Both the position numbers and the translations under genes were made by a program. The notes under the pieces are model-generated. The model had not been told where the DNA came from. It did no database searches and saw only the letters and a list, made by a program, of their open reading frames with translations. This document shows positions 1 through 13,282 of a stretch of DNA of 39,396 nucleotides, one piece after another; the first letter of the stretch is position 1, and each line of letters opens with the position of its first letter. Source of the stretch: Rotaria socialis (Eukaryota); contig CAJNYD010000166.1 of assembly GCA_905331295.1 (NCBI GenBank), positions 1-39,396 of the forward strand, written 5' to 3'.

Positions 1-159
1 AAAACGTCTCAAAATGCACAAAAACTGCATCCAGAAATCAAATTGCCTAGTTTCTCATGATAATTTTGGTGTTCAGACATTCTAGAATGACTCATATGTC
101 CCATGCACTTTTTGCAGTACACATAACTTTCGGATGAAATCCGAAGTTTCCACATTTAT

Positions 160-308
160 TATGATTATAATTGATTAAGAATATTTTAAAAAATTGATTA
201 TAATCATAAAAATGGATATTAATCGATTAAATAATAATTTTGCTATGATTATTACAGCTAAAATTATTGATTAAAATCGTATGATTATAATCGATTTTGA
301 CCTCTCTA
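160..308. mobile_element. Probable truncated hAT-like MITE end
   Basis: Cluster of GATTATAATCGA-like repeats ending in ATTTTGACCTCTCTA. On the minus strand this reads TAGAGAGGTCAAAATCGATT, a hAT-like TAG terminus. No matching other end or TSD was found. Confidence 0.35.
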
Positions 309-1309
309 AAGCTGATTTTTTTCGATATTTTTTTTACATGGGCATGATCGATAAAATACAACGTCATACTGATTAGTAAACGAATTATTTTTGACCATCA
401 AAAGTCAAATCAGGCAGTAATTCGATAAGTGTTCAACAGTATTGTTTTACAGCTTTTTCAAAAGCCAATCATCGTGTATCGATACATCATGTCTTGAGAG
501 TAATAGAATCCAAAATTCATAGATTTTCCTATCACGATGAAAGTCAAACTTCGCAAAGATATTGTTAGCATGAAATTTTGCTTGGAACTTCAAAATCTGA
601 TTAACATTTACTTATAGCGGAGAAAGTAGTGAAGATGATTGGTTTAGTAGATTTTAAGATTGAGAAAATATCAGACGCAACTAATCGAATTCTAACGTAG
701 AATATTTCATTTTCTATAATCATATACATGTATTTGAAAGTCTAGGAACGTTTTAACGACTTTATGAACGTCAAATTGAGCATCCTGAATGCGTAATCAA
801 ACATGAAAAATCAGTTTACTTAAGTAAATAGAACACAAATACTTGAGCGACCATATCTTATTTTCCTCTCTGAGTCTCATTCAAATCCCATAGAAAATTG
901 GTACAAAATAGAGAAAAATATTCATTTGAAATGAAATTATTGAATCATGGCGAAATCACACATCTGTTTCCTTGATTATCCTTTATATGAACCAAAACAT
1001 GTTGATGAAAATCATATTTTTATTTAAATATTTTAATCAAACAACTTTTCTTCATCAATATTTCTAAATTTTGTTTTTGTTAGTTACATCTTTACGATGA
1101 AAGCGTAAAGCAAATTTTCGAATTAAAATATAACAGCGACATTTGACGTGCTTTAAGAATCATTCTATATATGTCTGTTGATGATGAGTCAAAAACACAG
1201 TAACAGCGAAACTAATATATATGTATATATAAATACTCACAAACAGAAAAGAAAAGAAAAGAAAATGCAATAATTTGTTTTTTCTATTTAAGCAAAAATT
1301 ATACTGCTC

Positions 1310-3680
1310 CTATATGATAGTCGCTGTTGTTTCAGCTGATGAAGTTTTTGTAGGAATTGAAGTCTTTTTTGCTGATGGTTCATCGCCATTGTCTATATGA
1401 TCATATGATCGTTTTGTTGTCGTAGCGGTAGTTTCTTGTTGATGAATAGTTACAAAGGAGATTGAAGAATTTGACGATAGTGGTGCATGAAGTTTAAAAT
1501 CATTTGAAACGAAAGAAGGTGAGTTTTCTGAATTTAATACACCGGCTGCAGTACACAAGTTGTGTTCTTGTTCTTCGATAAATTTTTCAATAATATCACT
1601 GAAATTTACAATAGAGATCGGCGGGTTAGTCTCGAACTTCTGTATACAATATTGGCAGCATACTTCAATCTGTACAAGTGTCCTGAATAGAGTCTCTGTT
1701 CACATTTCAAAATATTCTACTCAAATTTTAACTCGAAATTATGGTTTGCTACTGAAATATTGAAATGATCAAATTTTCAGGCAGATAGTCCAAGCGCGTA
1801 CTAATTCTTTTGAAGCGCAAACTCTGAATTCAATAATGACTTATCCCTTGAAAACATTCTCCTGTAAGTCGGTTTTGAATTTTTAGGAAAATTTACCTCA
1901 CAGAATTCAGTGAATTAATACGCTGTTGCTCCTCAACAAAAAATTGATACCGTTCACTTTTTTTCCATTGATAGTAAAAATGAACTACTTCACGAACAGA
2001 TCGATTTGTACACTAGGAAAATTAATTACAATGTTTTTTTGATCTTAAAAACTCGATAATACTTACTTTATAAGTAGAAATCTCAAAGAAATTCTTTCCA
2101 TATTCGCGTAAACCTTCTTCAAACTTTTGTATTTCAGTTAATGACCAAGCAGTATACGAATCTAAAGTATAGATCTTGTTTAAAAGGTAACAAAACAGAA
2201 AAGAACTGAAATGTTACATATAGTTTTAGTGGCTAGTTGACGAAACTTCATAAGTGCTAATTCGGTATTTAAATGGCAATTCAAAAGAATTTGAAGAGAT
2301 ATTTCGTCGTCCGATGCCGGATCTTTATAAACAAAAAAGAAGGATAACACGAAATGTGATTTACCATAAACAAGAAACACAAGCAAATTTACATTCACTG
2401 TGAATTATAGTAAGATATTCATCAATATTTTCATTTTCACTATCATTCACCGAAGACGATGACCAAAGTAATTCATCAACCGGTACTAAACATATAAAAG
2501 TTATGTTTTATATATAGTATATGAAATTGAGAAAAGACAAATTTTCATTTTTATCAAGAAAATTCCTTCTGATGATCAACTGATTTTGACATCATGAAGG
2601 AATTGATTGGTTTGTCTACTGACTTAAAATCTGAGTTTTCATTTAAAAAAAGTGTTAGAAAATTTTCTATATAAGATGCGAATTACATAGAATCAATAAA
2701 TAACTTGGGTTAGTTCTGTTCATGCTAACATTCGTTTTTCTAAATTCGAAAAAGGAAGTCCACCGATGAGAAACAATAATACACTTTCCATCGCACAATA
2801 AAAAAAACGAGTATGTTTATTAGATCGTTCATGCACAAGGACCTATCCATGGCTTAGCTTGAAAATCTTTTTTTCCCTCTAATCTATTCAACGCAACTAT
2901 AGATTTATTCTTACTGAATCTTGATAACATATCCTAGAAAATTATTGTCAAATATGGTTTTTCAATTATTCAGAACACTGTAGATTTAATTACCTTCTCT
3001 ATCATCGTCACGCTCATTTGATGAGTCATATTCAGCTTTTGATTTAATTTCTGCTTGATATTCATCACCAACATGAATAGGCTAAAACAAAAGGACACAA
3101 AATAGAATTCTACATAATATTTTTATCTTAACAAACTTTAGCAATATCAGGCTCATATAAACTATCATCTGTATCATCGTCATCATCTTCCGGTAACATT
3201 TCTCCATTTATAAGAAGTGAACGATGCCTTCGATTATCTTCATCTTCATCGTCGTCCTCATCTTCAACATTCGATGAACTGTATGACTAAAAATCCAAAT
3301 CATACTTAAGATCGTACAAAATATTTCATTTTACTTCTTCATCATCTTGTATGACATCATTGCTAATCGTTGGTACATTATTACTATACAATTTAAACAG
3401 CTCATTTAATGGCATATTTGCATCCTAAGAAACAGACAAAAAATTCTTTTTCCGATTACCTTCAAAAAAAAACTTACTACTTGTAAATGACTCAATTCAT
3501 TTTGTTCATCGTCTGTAACTGATAGTTCTTCTTCTTCTTCTTCTTCTTCTTCAATCGTTTTCTCTTCATCTTCATATCCATTTTGATATTCATCATCATC
3601 TATCGAGGAATAATTTACAACAAAATAAATAAATAAACAAAGAGATTCAACGAACCTGTCTCGACAACATTTGAAGTCAT
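1310..3680 (-). CDS. MIER1: MIER-family (mesoderm induction early response) ELM2-SANT transcriptional corepressor, multi-exon
   Basis: Spliced translation starts MTSNVVETDDDEYQNG, followed by an acidic tract and MPLNELFKLY. ELM2 motifs: PIHVGDEYQAEI, ELLW, DDEISLQILLNCHLNTELALMKF. SANT domain: WSLTEIQKFEEGLREYGKNF...RSVREVVHFYYQWKKSERY. ATG at 3680, stop at 1310-1312. The paralog number is uncertain. Confidence 0.9.
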
Positions 3681-4006
3681 GTTGAACAATTGAGAAATAC
3701 AAGAATACAAAAGTGCTATGCCTAATTTTTTGTTTAATGAATTGATTGGATGGATTCTTTGAATCAATTAAGTTTTATCTTCTAGATGTCACTGAAGTTA
3801 ACTATTGAATAAATTGTTTTTAGTAAACTTTTGAGAACGAAAATATATTTTTCTTTTTTTATATTTTTCTTTGATTTTTGATCTACTTTTTATTATTCGA
3901 TAAAAATCTAACGAATCGAGAACTCGTGTTTTTTTCTCAAGTAAGTCAGGAGACTTACACAGATAATATCGATTTCGACATACAAGACCGACAGTAAACT
4001 ATAAAA

Positions 4007-7000
4007 ATGTGTTTTGAAAAAGATCATCCATATAAATCGATACGAAGGTGTATAAAACATAATAATCAAGAACACATTTACTATGATGTATCACGACTTG
4101 ATCCACAATTATTTTGTAAACGAAAAGACTTTAACCCTTCTAAAAAATTCAAAAGTTTTACTTTATTATTTAGCACAATTACCCTATTGTCTTCGAGTTT
4201 TACTGGAATCTACTGTTCGACATTGCAATAATATTTCAATTGAAAATAAACATGTACAACAAATTTTAAATTGGCAAACAAATGCTATGCCAAGCAGTGA
4301 ATTACCTTTTTTGCCTGGTCAAGTGATCATGCATGATTTTTCGTAATGAATCTTTCACTTTCGATTTTTTCGTTGTTCTTAAAACGATTCTTTTTTTTTT
4401 TATCTTTCAAGTGGTTTACCAGCAATTATTGATTTAACTGCAATGCGTGATGCTGCAGCTAGTTTAGGTGCTAATCCAAATTTAATTCAACCTAGGATAC
4501 CAACAACACTTCTACTTGATTATTATAATATTGAAGCAGATGTTGCAAGAAAGTAAAAAACAATAATAATAATAATAGATTTGTGAATCTTTTTCTTTTC
4601 TGAAACATTGATCGAATAGAATTGTACGAAAAACAACCGATACAAATCATGCAACAAATTTAGAATGCGGATATGAATTATGTCCATTTCATCAAGAAAA
4701 AACAATTTGGTAAAATTTTCATAGTATAAATATTGTGCTTTTTTTTCATGATTCTGTGATTTCTAGTGCGGATGCTATTGAAAGAAATCAGCAATTAGAA
4801 TTCGAACGTAATATTGAAAAATTACAAATTTTAAAAGTAAGTTCTATCTTGTCTTAAGAAAATATTTAACGGATATGGAGTGTTGAATAAACGAATTATT
4901 ATGTTTCTTTTTCAAGTGGAGTGCAATAGCATTTGATCGTCTATCAATAGTTCCACCTGGAATTAGTGTATGCCAACAAATCAATCTTGAATATCTATCG
5001 AAGCTACTCATCACAGAAAAAAATAAAAGAGAACAAATAACATTTGTTTTTCCTGATACAATTATCGGCACAGATCCACATACAACACTTTCGAATGGTT
5101 TCGGTGTACTAAGTTATAGTAACGGAATTCTATGATTTTCTATTAGAAAATTTTAAAATGAGCCATTTAGATATGGGTACAATTGAAGCCGAAACAGCTA
5201 TGTTTGGACAACCGATCAATATTCGTCTTGCATCAGTTGTTATTGGTTGTCGTCTTGTGGGACAACCTCATTTTATGTCCACCTCAACTGATCTTATATC
5301 CGCTTTGATGAAAGTATGAACAATTGTTTCTATTGTTTGAATTGAATACGATTTTTATTTTATTTATAAATAGTATCTTCGTTTGATTGGTCTTGATAAT
5401 AAATATATTGAATTTTTTGGTTCAAGTTTAAAATATGTAACTATTGCTGATCGTTCTTCTATAGCGCATTTATGTGTTGGACAAGGCGCCTTACTTGCTT
5501 ATTTTCCGTTGGATGATCTATGTCTAAAACACTTTTCTCGTACCGGTAAATGGCTTTAGCTTGTTTCAATGAAATGAATTTAATCTCTATATTATGTTTA
5601 GGTCGAGATCCGTCGTTTATCGATAGATTGCGTGATTATTTAATTGCAGCTAAATTATTCAGTGATGATGTTCAACATCAAAATATTGTCTATACGGATG
5701 TTTATGAATTTGATTTATGTACTGTGACTCCCAGTTGTAGTGGACCAAAACGTGCTCAAGACAAAGTATCTTTGAATTCGATGAAATCGGATTTTCAAGA
5801 ATGTCTCACGGCGCCACCAGGATTTAAAGTATGAATTAAAAATATGAAGAATAGTTGCTAGCACAAATTAAATTACAATATTGTAGTTCGATACTCTAGA
5901 TGTGAAAAAAAATAGATGATTGATAATGCTTTTGCCACATTCTATGTCGAAGTTCAGTAGGTTTTAGTTCGCTCAGGACATTTTCGTTGTTTTCAGCACA
6001 TAATAATGTAATCTTTTTGACGTTTTTGCACTAAGAAAAAGATAAGAAATAACTCTAGATGAGAACATAACTTCGTTCCTTTCGATTTAATCAAAGTTTA
6101 TATCAATTCACAAAAAGAAACGTGTTATCTCGGAAAAGAACTACTTTGTTTGGTTATCAAATACTTTTTTTAACTTAAGTTTTCTTTCATATTTTTATCT
6201 ATATCGTATTCTGATTTGTTGCAGAGTAGAGCTATGAAAACCTTCTTTATATTTCAATGTTCCCATTAAATTATGTCTCATGAAAAAAAAACTATATCCA
6301 GTAGTTTGAACAAAAGTTGTTTTGAGATTTTTTTAAAACTAAATTCTATCTGTCTAATGCTTTAAAACCAAATAAATAAGATTTTTCATAGCAAATATTC
6401 ATGATAGATCAAGAAATATATTCTCAAATCTTATAGAAAGTCAAATACTATTGCTAGTCGTTTCTGCTTTAGGACTCTTAATTAACTAGACTCATAGACC
6501 AATGAAACACTGTCCATACTCTTTGAGGTTTTCCATACTTCGAAATACAACTATCGATCACGAACTAGTATAGTTGAAAATGAGTATCTCTACCTTAAGT
6601 TATTCTTTGCAACTATGTAAGCAGATTTTAAAATGTGATGGATGTGTCTGATAACCGCTTATATTTTCAACTGAAATCGTAGTTCTACAAAAGAAAAAAT
6701 TTAAATCATAAGAATCTATTATATGGATTCTTTAACTTTTGTTTCTGTTAGGGTTACAACCTTCCGGCAGATCAACTCGATTGTTCTATATCAATTTCTC
6801 CTGATGAAACATTGAAACATGGTTCAGTAACTCTTGCTGCCATAACAAGTAGTGCTAATGGAATCAGTCATGCTACATCGTTATTAACCACAGGTACATT
6901 CTCATAAAATAACTAGATTTTCCGTCTCATATGAAATACAAAATATATGTTTAAATTTCAATTAAATATTCATATTTGTCCGATCATATTTAAAAGCGAA

Positions 7001-9534
7001 GTCTAATGTAATTGACTGCCAAAATCCGTACGATAAATCAAATATAACTAAATAATGGATGATATTTTATCGCTATGAAATTCTTCGCATAGAAAAATAT
7101 TATATTTCTATTTTTCTAATTTTGATATTTTTAGGTCTTCTAGCAAAAAATGCACTTGACAGTGGCCTTCGAATCCCAAGTTTTACTCAAACATATTTAT
7201 CGCCCGGCAGTGGTGTTGTAACTACATATTTACGTGAGAGTGGAACATTGAAATCTTTGGAAAAACTAGGGTAAAAACAAATCTTTCTGATCTTCGAAAC
7301 TTAAGAATTCGTTCTCTTTCAGCCTCCATGTAACCGGTTATGGTTGTAACGAATGCATTCAAAATGAAGAAACGAATGGATTAAAACCGGATATAAAACA
7401 ATTTGTAAATGAAGTTAGTAACATAGTATAAAAACAATGGAAAAGAAAAATTCTACGTTCTCTTTAGAATAATCTGATTACCATTGGTATGATCAGTGGT
7501 ACGCGTCAAACTCAACAACGACATTCACTAATTAAAGCAAACTATGTTACATCACCGCCATTAGTACTTGCGTATGCATTAGCTGGAAATGTTCTCACTG
7601 ATTTAGAACAAGAAACAATTGGTGTTGATAACAAAAATCTATTCTTAAAAGATATTTGGCCAAGTCGCCAAATTGTCGAAGAAATTGAAGATGAAATCAT
7701 AATTAAAAAGTTGTTGAATCAAATTCATGAAAATATTCAAGTAAATTTAACTCAATTCTCCCTCCAAAAGAACAAACTTATTACTATTTTAGACCGGTAA
7801 TCCACAATGGAATTCAATACGAATTCCTTCAATTCATTTATATCCACAATATCCATGGGCAGAATATTCAACGTATATAAAACGACCACCATTTTTTGAT
7901 ACAATAGTAAAGAATATATATATTTTTTCCCTCTTAGTTCATAATAAATTTCTTTTTCACATAGGCTAAGCATAATCCTTTGTCAAAAACTATATGCATC
8001 GATAATGCACGTGTACTTCTGTACTTGGGCGATGATGTTTCAACTGATCATATATCACCAGCCGGTTCTATATCTCGAACTTGCCCAACTGCCAAATATT
8101 TATCACAAAAAGGGTAAAATTAACAAACAATTTTACATATTTCGGAAATTTGAGAATATAAAAAAGTCAACTCCCATTGAGTTCAGATGTTTTTAATTCA
8201 ATCGGATGAGAGTAACGCTCTGAACCGGCACCAATCACACATAAATCTGCATGTACTGATTTCTTGTTCGTTAGTTTCAATGCATTCAAAAGTAGTCATC
8301 AAAACGATAATGGCATACACGACAAGAATTAATAGCAAACAAAATGTGACATCGTCGTAAATGATAAAAGACTGATCTTTTACAATTAAATCAATTGATT
8401 GTCGTAACTTCATTACTGTAAAATAATTTTGTATCGTTGAAGTATAGATTTCTCGAAAAATGAAGTCAACTATTCTCAGTAAAATCCGAATTATGATTAA
8501 TCATGAGTATACAACTACAGTTGTATGTGATTTTTTTATTGAGTTTTGAAATATTCTATTGTTTATTTTTCTTTCTCGTATAGAATAAATTTAAAAAAGA
8601 TGACTACTATCAAGTCCGATCTTTTTCAAATAAAAAGAAGTTAAATATATAGAAAATTTTATGTAAAAATTTGAGTTTGACTTAATCGATTTAAACATGT
8701 TTGACTCGAGGATAATGAGCGAGGACTCAAAACCAATACAGTCATTACGTATACATTCATTTTCTTAAATATGCATCTGTAGTGAACATGATTTTCATTG
8801 TTCTATTTATCAGAATTACTCCACGTGATTATAATTCCTATGGTTCTCGTCGTGGTAATGATGCTGTAATGGTTCGCGGTACCTTCAACCATCACCGTTT
8901 AAACAATAAACTTGTGACGAAACGTGCATCACCACTTGTACCATCATCATCCCCATCACCCGCAACAGCCACTCTTTATTTATCAACAAATACAGAAATG
9001 GATATTTTCGATGCATCGGAACACTATCGAACAACAAAAACACCACTTATTGTTCTTGCTGGAAAAAATTATGGTTGCGGACCAACAAGAGACTGGGTTG
9101 CTAAAGGACCTTGGATGCTTGTATGTAGCAAAATGACGATAGACAAAAAATTCAATTAGAATATTATCTTCATTGCAGGGTATTCGAGCTATACTTGCCG
9201 AAAGTTTTGAACCACAACATCGTTCTAACTTGATTGGTATGAGTATATTACCATTACAATTCAAAGATGGTGACACGTGTGCATCGTTGAATCTAACCGG
9301 AAGAGAAATTTATTCAATCGAATATAATACAGACGATAACAAAAACTTAGCTAATGTTAAAGTAAACATTTTGTTTTTATAAACTGAAGATCTTTAATCC
9401 GACTGTTGATTTTCTTCTAGCTTGATAATGGTAAAACATTTTCAATGATAGCTCGTATTGATACAGAAATTGAACGTCTTTACATGCTTCATGGTGGTCT
9501 TCTCCCTTACGTACTTCGACAAGCACTCAACTGA
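4007..9534 (+). CDS. Cytosolic aconitase/iron regulatory protein family member, IRP2-like and predicted catalytically inactive, multi-exon
   Basis: Collinear IRP motifs: LPYCLRVLLES, AMRDAAASLG, NQQLEFERN, INLEYL, SCSGPKR, GYGCNECI, ANYVTSPPLVLAYALAG, DHISPAG, YNSYGSRRGNDAVMVRGTF, RDWVAKGP, HRSNLIGM, GGLLPYVLR. Stop TGA at 9532-9534. Confidence 0.93.
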
Positions 9535-9747
9535 ATAAATCCAAAAAAACAGCAACAAAAACCCTTCATCCTTATAGAATGACGATAATATATTTTTCTG
9601 ACATATTTTAAACAAAAACAAAACGTGTGCTAATCGTTGTGCAGGGAAAAATATTGTATCGTTTTTTTTTTCGATTTTTAAAATAAAACATAATATTGGT
9701 GGTCACAACTGATTTTTATTTTCTAATGGATACTATTCTTGCAGATA

Positions 9748-12218
9748 ATGGTTATTTTATCACCCGCATTAGAAGATGAATCAATTTTAATAAGAATCAA
9801 TTGTCGAACGAATTTATTTTATAACGAGGGTATATGAGAGATAAATTGTGAACGTTAACTTTTATTTATTTTAATATTTAAGATATTGATGAAATTTATA
9901 GTGGCTTTCGTGCTCTTTTAATTGACAGTGGCTATTATTTAAATGATCCATTAAATGTTTATGTAGTACGGGATACGATCTATGCTAATGATGGAAAATA
10001 TTCTTTAGAAGATGTTAAGCTTGAGGATTTGCTGGAAACAAATGAGAATGATAGACAAAAAAAAAATGATGCTTATCGACGTATTTATCCATGGCAAATA
10101 ATAACTGGAAGATTATTACGATATACAACAGGTAATGAATCGTGTTATACACCTGTTCTTGAAAAGTGCAATACAAATAAACAAGGAAAAGGTAATTAGA
10201 AATTGTAAGAAGGAAAGAAAATGCTCGTTGTTTTCTTTTTATAGATTTTTCTCTTGCATTCGATCTACTTATTGTTGCTCAGCGATCAACGACAATAGCT
10301 GATATACGTCGCCAACTTGACGATCAGCTTACACAACAATTAGATATATTGGAAAATAGCACGAAGAATAAAACTCAAGTAAGTTGTTTATGCTCTATTC
10401 TACAGTAATGTAACTAAGATAATAATTCGAATATAATAAAGTTATCGATGACAAAGAAAAGTAACGATTTAGTATACTCCGATCCAGTGGGAAATTCGTT
10501 GGCTTGAAAAAGAAAAGCTATTTGTTTAGATATATTCGAGATATGTGGCCTATTCTCTAGAGTATGTAATTCATTAAAATTACGAATAACAGTCAATTAT
10601 TTAAATACCAATAAGCAAAGTTAGCAAAATTATATTTGAATGATTCGAAAATGCTTAGTCATTCCTGTAGCTTACAGGAATGATTTCAGAAATTAGTTTG
10701 ACTACTCGGTTATAATTATAGAAAAATATTCACAACTTTTATGTCGATGATAAAATAAATGGACATCGATAAATAAGATTTTTTGTTCTACAAGTATCTT
10801 AACAGGTCTTGCTTCGTTCGATGCGTGACCATTAGAATTTTTTTTATATGCAAACTATAATATGAATATCATCGATGGAGTTTAATACTAGAAAGTACTG
10901 AAACAAGCCATGATGTTGAGCTAGACAATAGGATAATTTCGTTTTTGTTCAGAGTATAACTTCAAGTATTGGCTTAAAACGAAAGACAGGTTTTTAATAG
11001 AATTTAAACTAAGATCTTACATCATCTATGCAATTCCTCGCAATCATCGAAGTAGTTGAATAAATATTTTTCCATGTTTCGTCTATATTTATAGAATGAA
11101 ATCAATCAGACATTCCGACATTATTATATTAAACCAATCAATCAAATAGTTACATTTCTAGATGGTGAAAAAGATACAGGTAGACTTGTTTCGAATATGA
11201 TTTTTATTTATTTATGTATTTTTGATATATTTGTTAGTTAGAAGCGAATTTCAAGTAAAATATCCTCAGATATCAATGAATCAGCCATTTATTTCAATGG
11301 ATTTCGGCGATGGACAATTAGCATCTCTAATGACTAGTGGAAGATTATTTGATGTACACAAAGGTCTTTCATCGAGAGGTAAAAATAGTTCGTTTGTGAA
11401 AACAATAAATCTCATCGAATTATTTATTGTTTAGTCGAAGATGGTCAACAAACATTAGTCGATGGTCATTATGCATATTATCATTATATGCAAGATAATT
11501 TTGATGATAATATGTGGGGTTGTGCTTATCGATCGTTGCAAACTCTTTGTTCTTGGTTTATTCTGCAAGGCTATACAACAAAACCAGTACCGAAACATTC
11601 AGAAATTCAACAAGTAGAGAGTTGTGATGAAATTGTATTGAGAGAAAAAGGTTATGTTTCTTATTTAGATTCTAATTGATATTGAAGATAAACCAAAAAA
11701 ATTTTTAAATTCTCGTCAATGGATTGGCAGTATGGAAGTATCATTTGTTTTACAAAATTATTTGGATGTAAATTTTTAGAATAATACATTTCAAGTATGA
11801 TTTTCTCTTTTGTTCACTAGGTTGAATGTAAAATTATTCGTGTAGAACGTGGAGCTGATATGATTGAACGTGTACGTGAACTTATGTCTCATTTTAATAA
11901 AGAAGGATCTCCAATTATGATCGGTGGAGGTGTTTTAGCTCATACCATATTAGGTGTGGATTTCAATGAATCAACAGGTGATTCAATGTTACTTGTTCTC
12001 GATCCACATTATACAGGAGTGGATGATATTAAAACTATACAAGATAAAGTTAGTTATATACTTCGATGAATAGAGAACTTTAAAGATGAAAACACTTCAT
12101 TATTTTTGTCTTCTCTCTTATCTAGGGTTGGGTTGGTTGGAAACCTTGGTCATTTTGGTCGCAAGATGCTTTTTATAACCTCTGTTGTCCGTTACGACCT
12201 AAAATTGTTTCTTCATAA
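9748..12218 (+). CDS. UFSP2: UFM1-specific protease 2 (peptidase C78), multi-exon
   Basis: [29 protein letters not shown] (catalytic Cys), [30 protein letters not shown] (Asp/His) and GWVGWK...FYNLCCP. A long N-terminal domain begins [10 protein letters not shown] at 9748; the start is less certain. Confidence 0.93.
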
Positions 12219-13282
12219 TAAATTAATAATAAATATAAGAATAAAAGATCTACAATAGGAATTTTACTCTTGCATACTTTAAAACAGTTTGCATTTTTTT
12301 CTGGCTCACCGAAATGAAAAATTTAAAACTAATTTTTCTTTTTAATTTAGTGACGAGAACAGAAAATAAATAAAACAAAACATTATATTGAGATTAATTC
12401 ATGTTATCATAGTGCTAAAATCACACTAGAATATTGTTGAAAGAAAAAAAAGGTTATAAAATCACTTGAAGTTTCATTTCACTGATTGCCAACGTTACCG
12501 ACTGCGAACATTCAATTTAAGAATTGGAAGATAACACTATAAGAAAGAGAACATCTTTTGTAGAAAAAATACTCATACAATCAAACAATCCTGACCCATC
12601 CAAAACAAAAGAATAACGAATAGACTGACACTCTTTTAGTATCAATAAATATTATCTTAATTCTCACAGGTTTCACCTGAAAAATGTCTAATAAGGATTT
12701 ATTAATAAATCCTATTCTAATCTTGATAAGATTTATAAATTTTTTATTGGCTGTTTCCAATCGCATTGTTCAATAAAAAATAGAACAGTTATTTTCGAAA
12801 TTCTACTATCTATGAATATTTATTTGATTCATAAGTATTATTCCCTTTCATCGCGATATTTTCTTCTTCTATGTTAAACAAATAATCTCAACAGAAAAAC
12901 AACTATCATTATTATGAAACAGTATGGTTACGTATCATCGAAAAGAAACAAAATACATAGAACAAGAGCATCACGCTGATACAGAGAGCAATAGTACGAA
13001 TACAAATACATGGCTAGCTAATCGTTGATACTAATTATATAACATAACATATATATAAGCAATAAAGTATAGATTCACTTCTTTTTTAAGCAAACAGTTA
13101 CCAAAACTAGAGAATTGTGACAGAAAATACAAAAAATAAATTTGTTATAATTGAATTTTCAGAAAGAAAAAAAATAAGAAATACATGCAGTTAACACATT
13201 CCACATGTAATACACACAGTTAAGAAAAACGATTCAACCTAGTATGTTGTTGTTGTTGCTGCTATTATTTTTGTTTTGGTTT

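Noticed and set aside
124..149. Inverted repeat AACTTTCGGAT-GAA-ATCCGAAGTT as a terminator or Helitron end
   Set aside because: Eukaryotic context, no CTRR end at the expected distance, and too close to the window edge to judge.
3941..3958. Hairpin upstream of the IRP-like gene as a canonical iron-responsive element
   Set aside because: The loop would be CAGGAG rather than CAGUGN/CAGAGN, and there is no bulged C or lower stem.
8924..9136. His-rich ORF (MHHHLYHHHPHH...)
   Set aside because: Alternative frame of the IRP exon encoding a Ser/Pro-rich loop.
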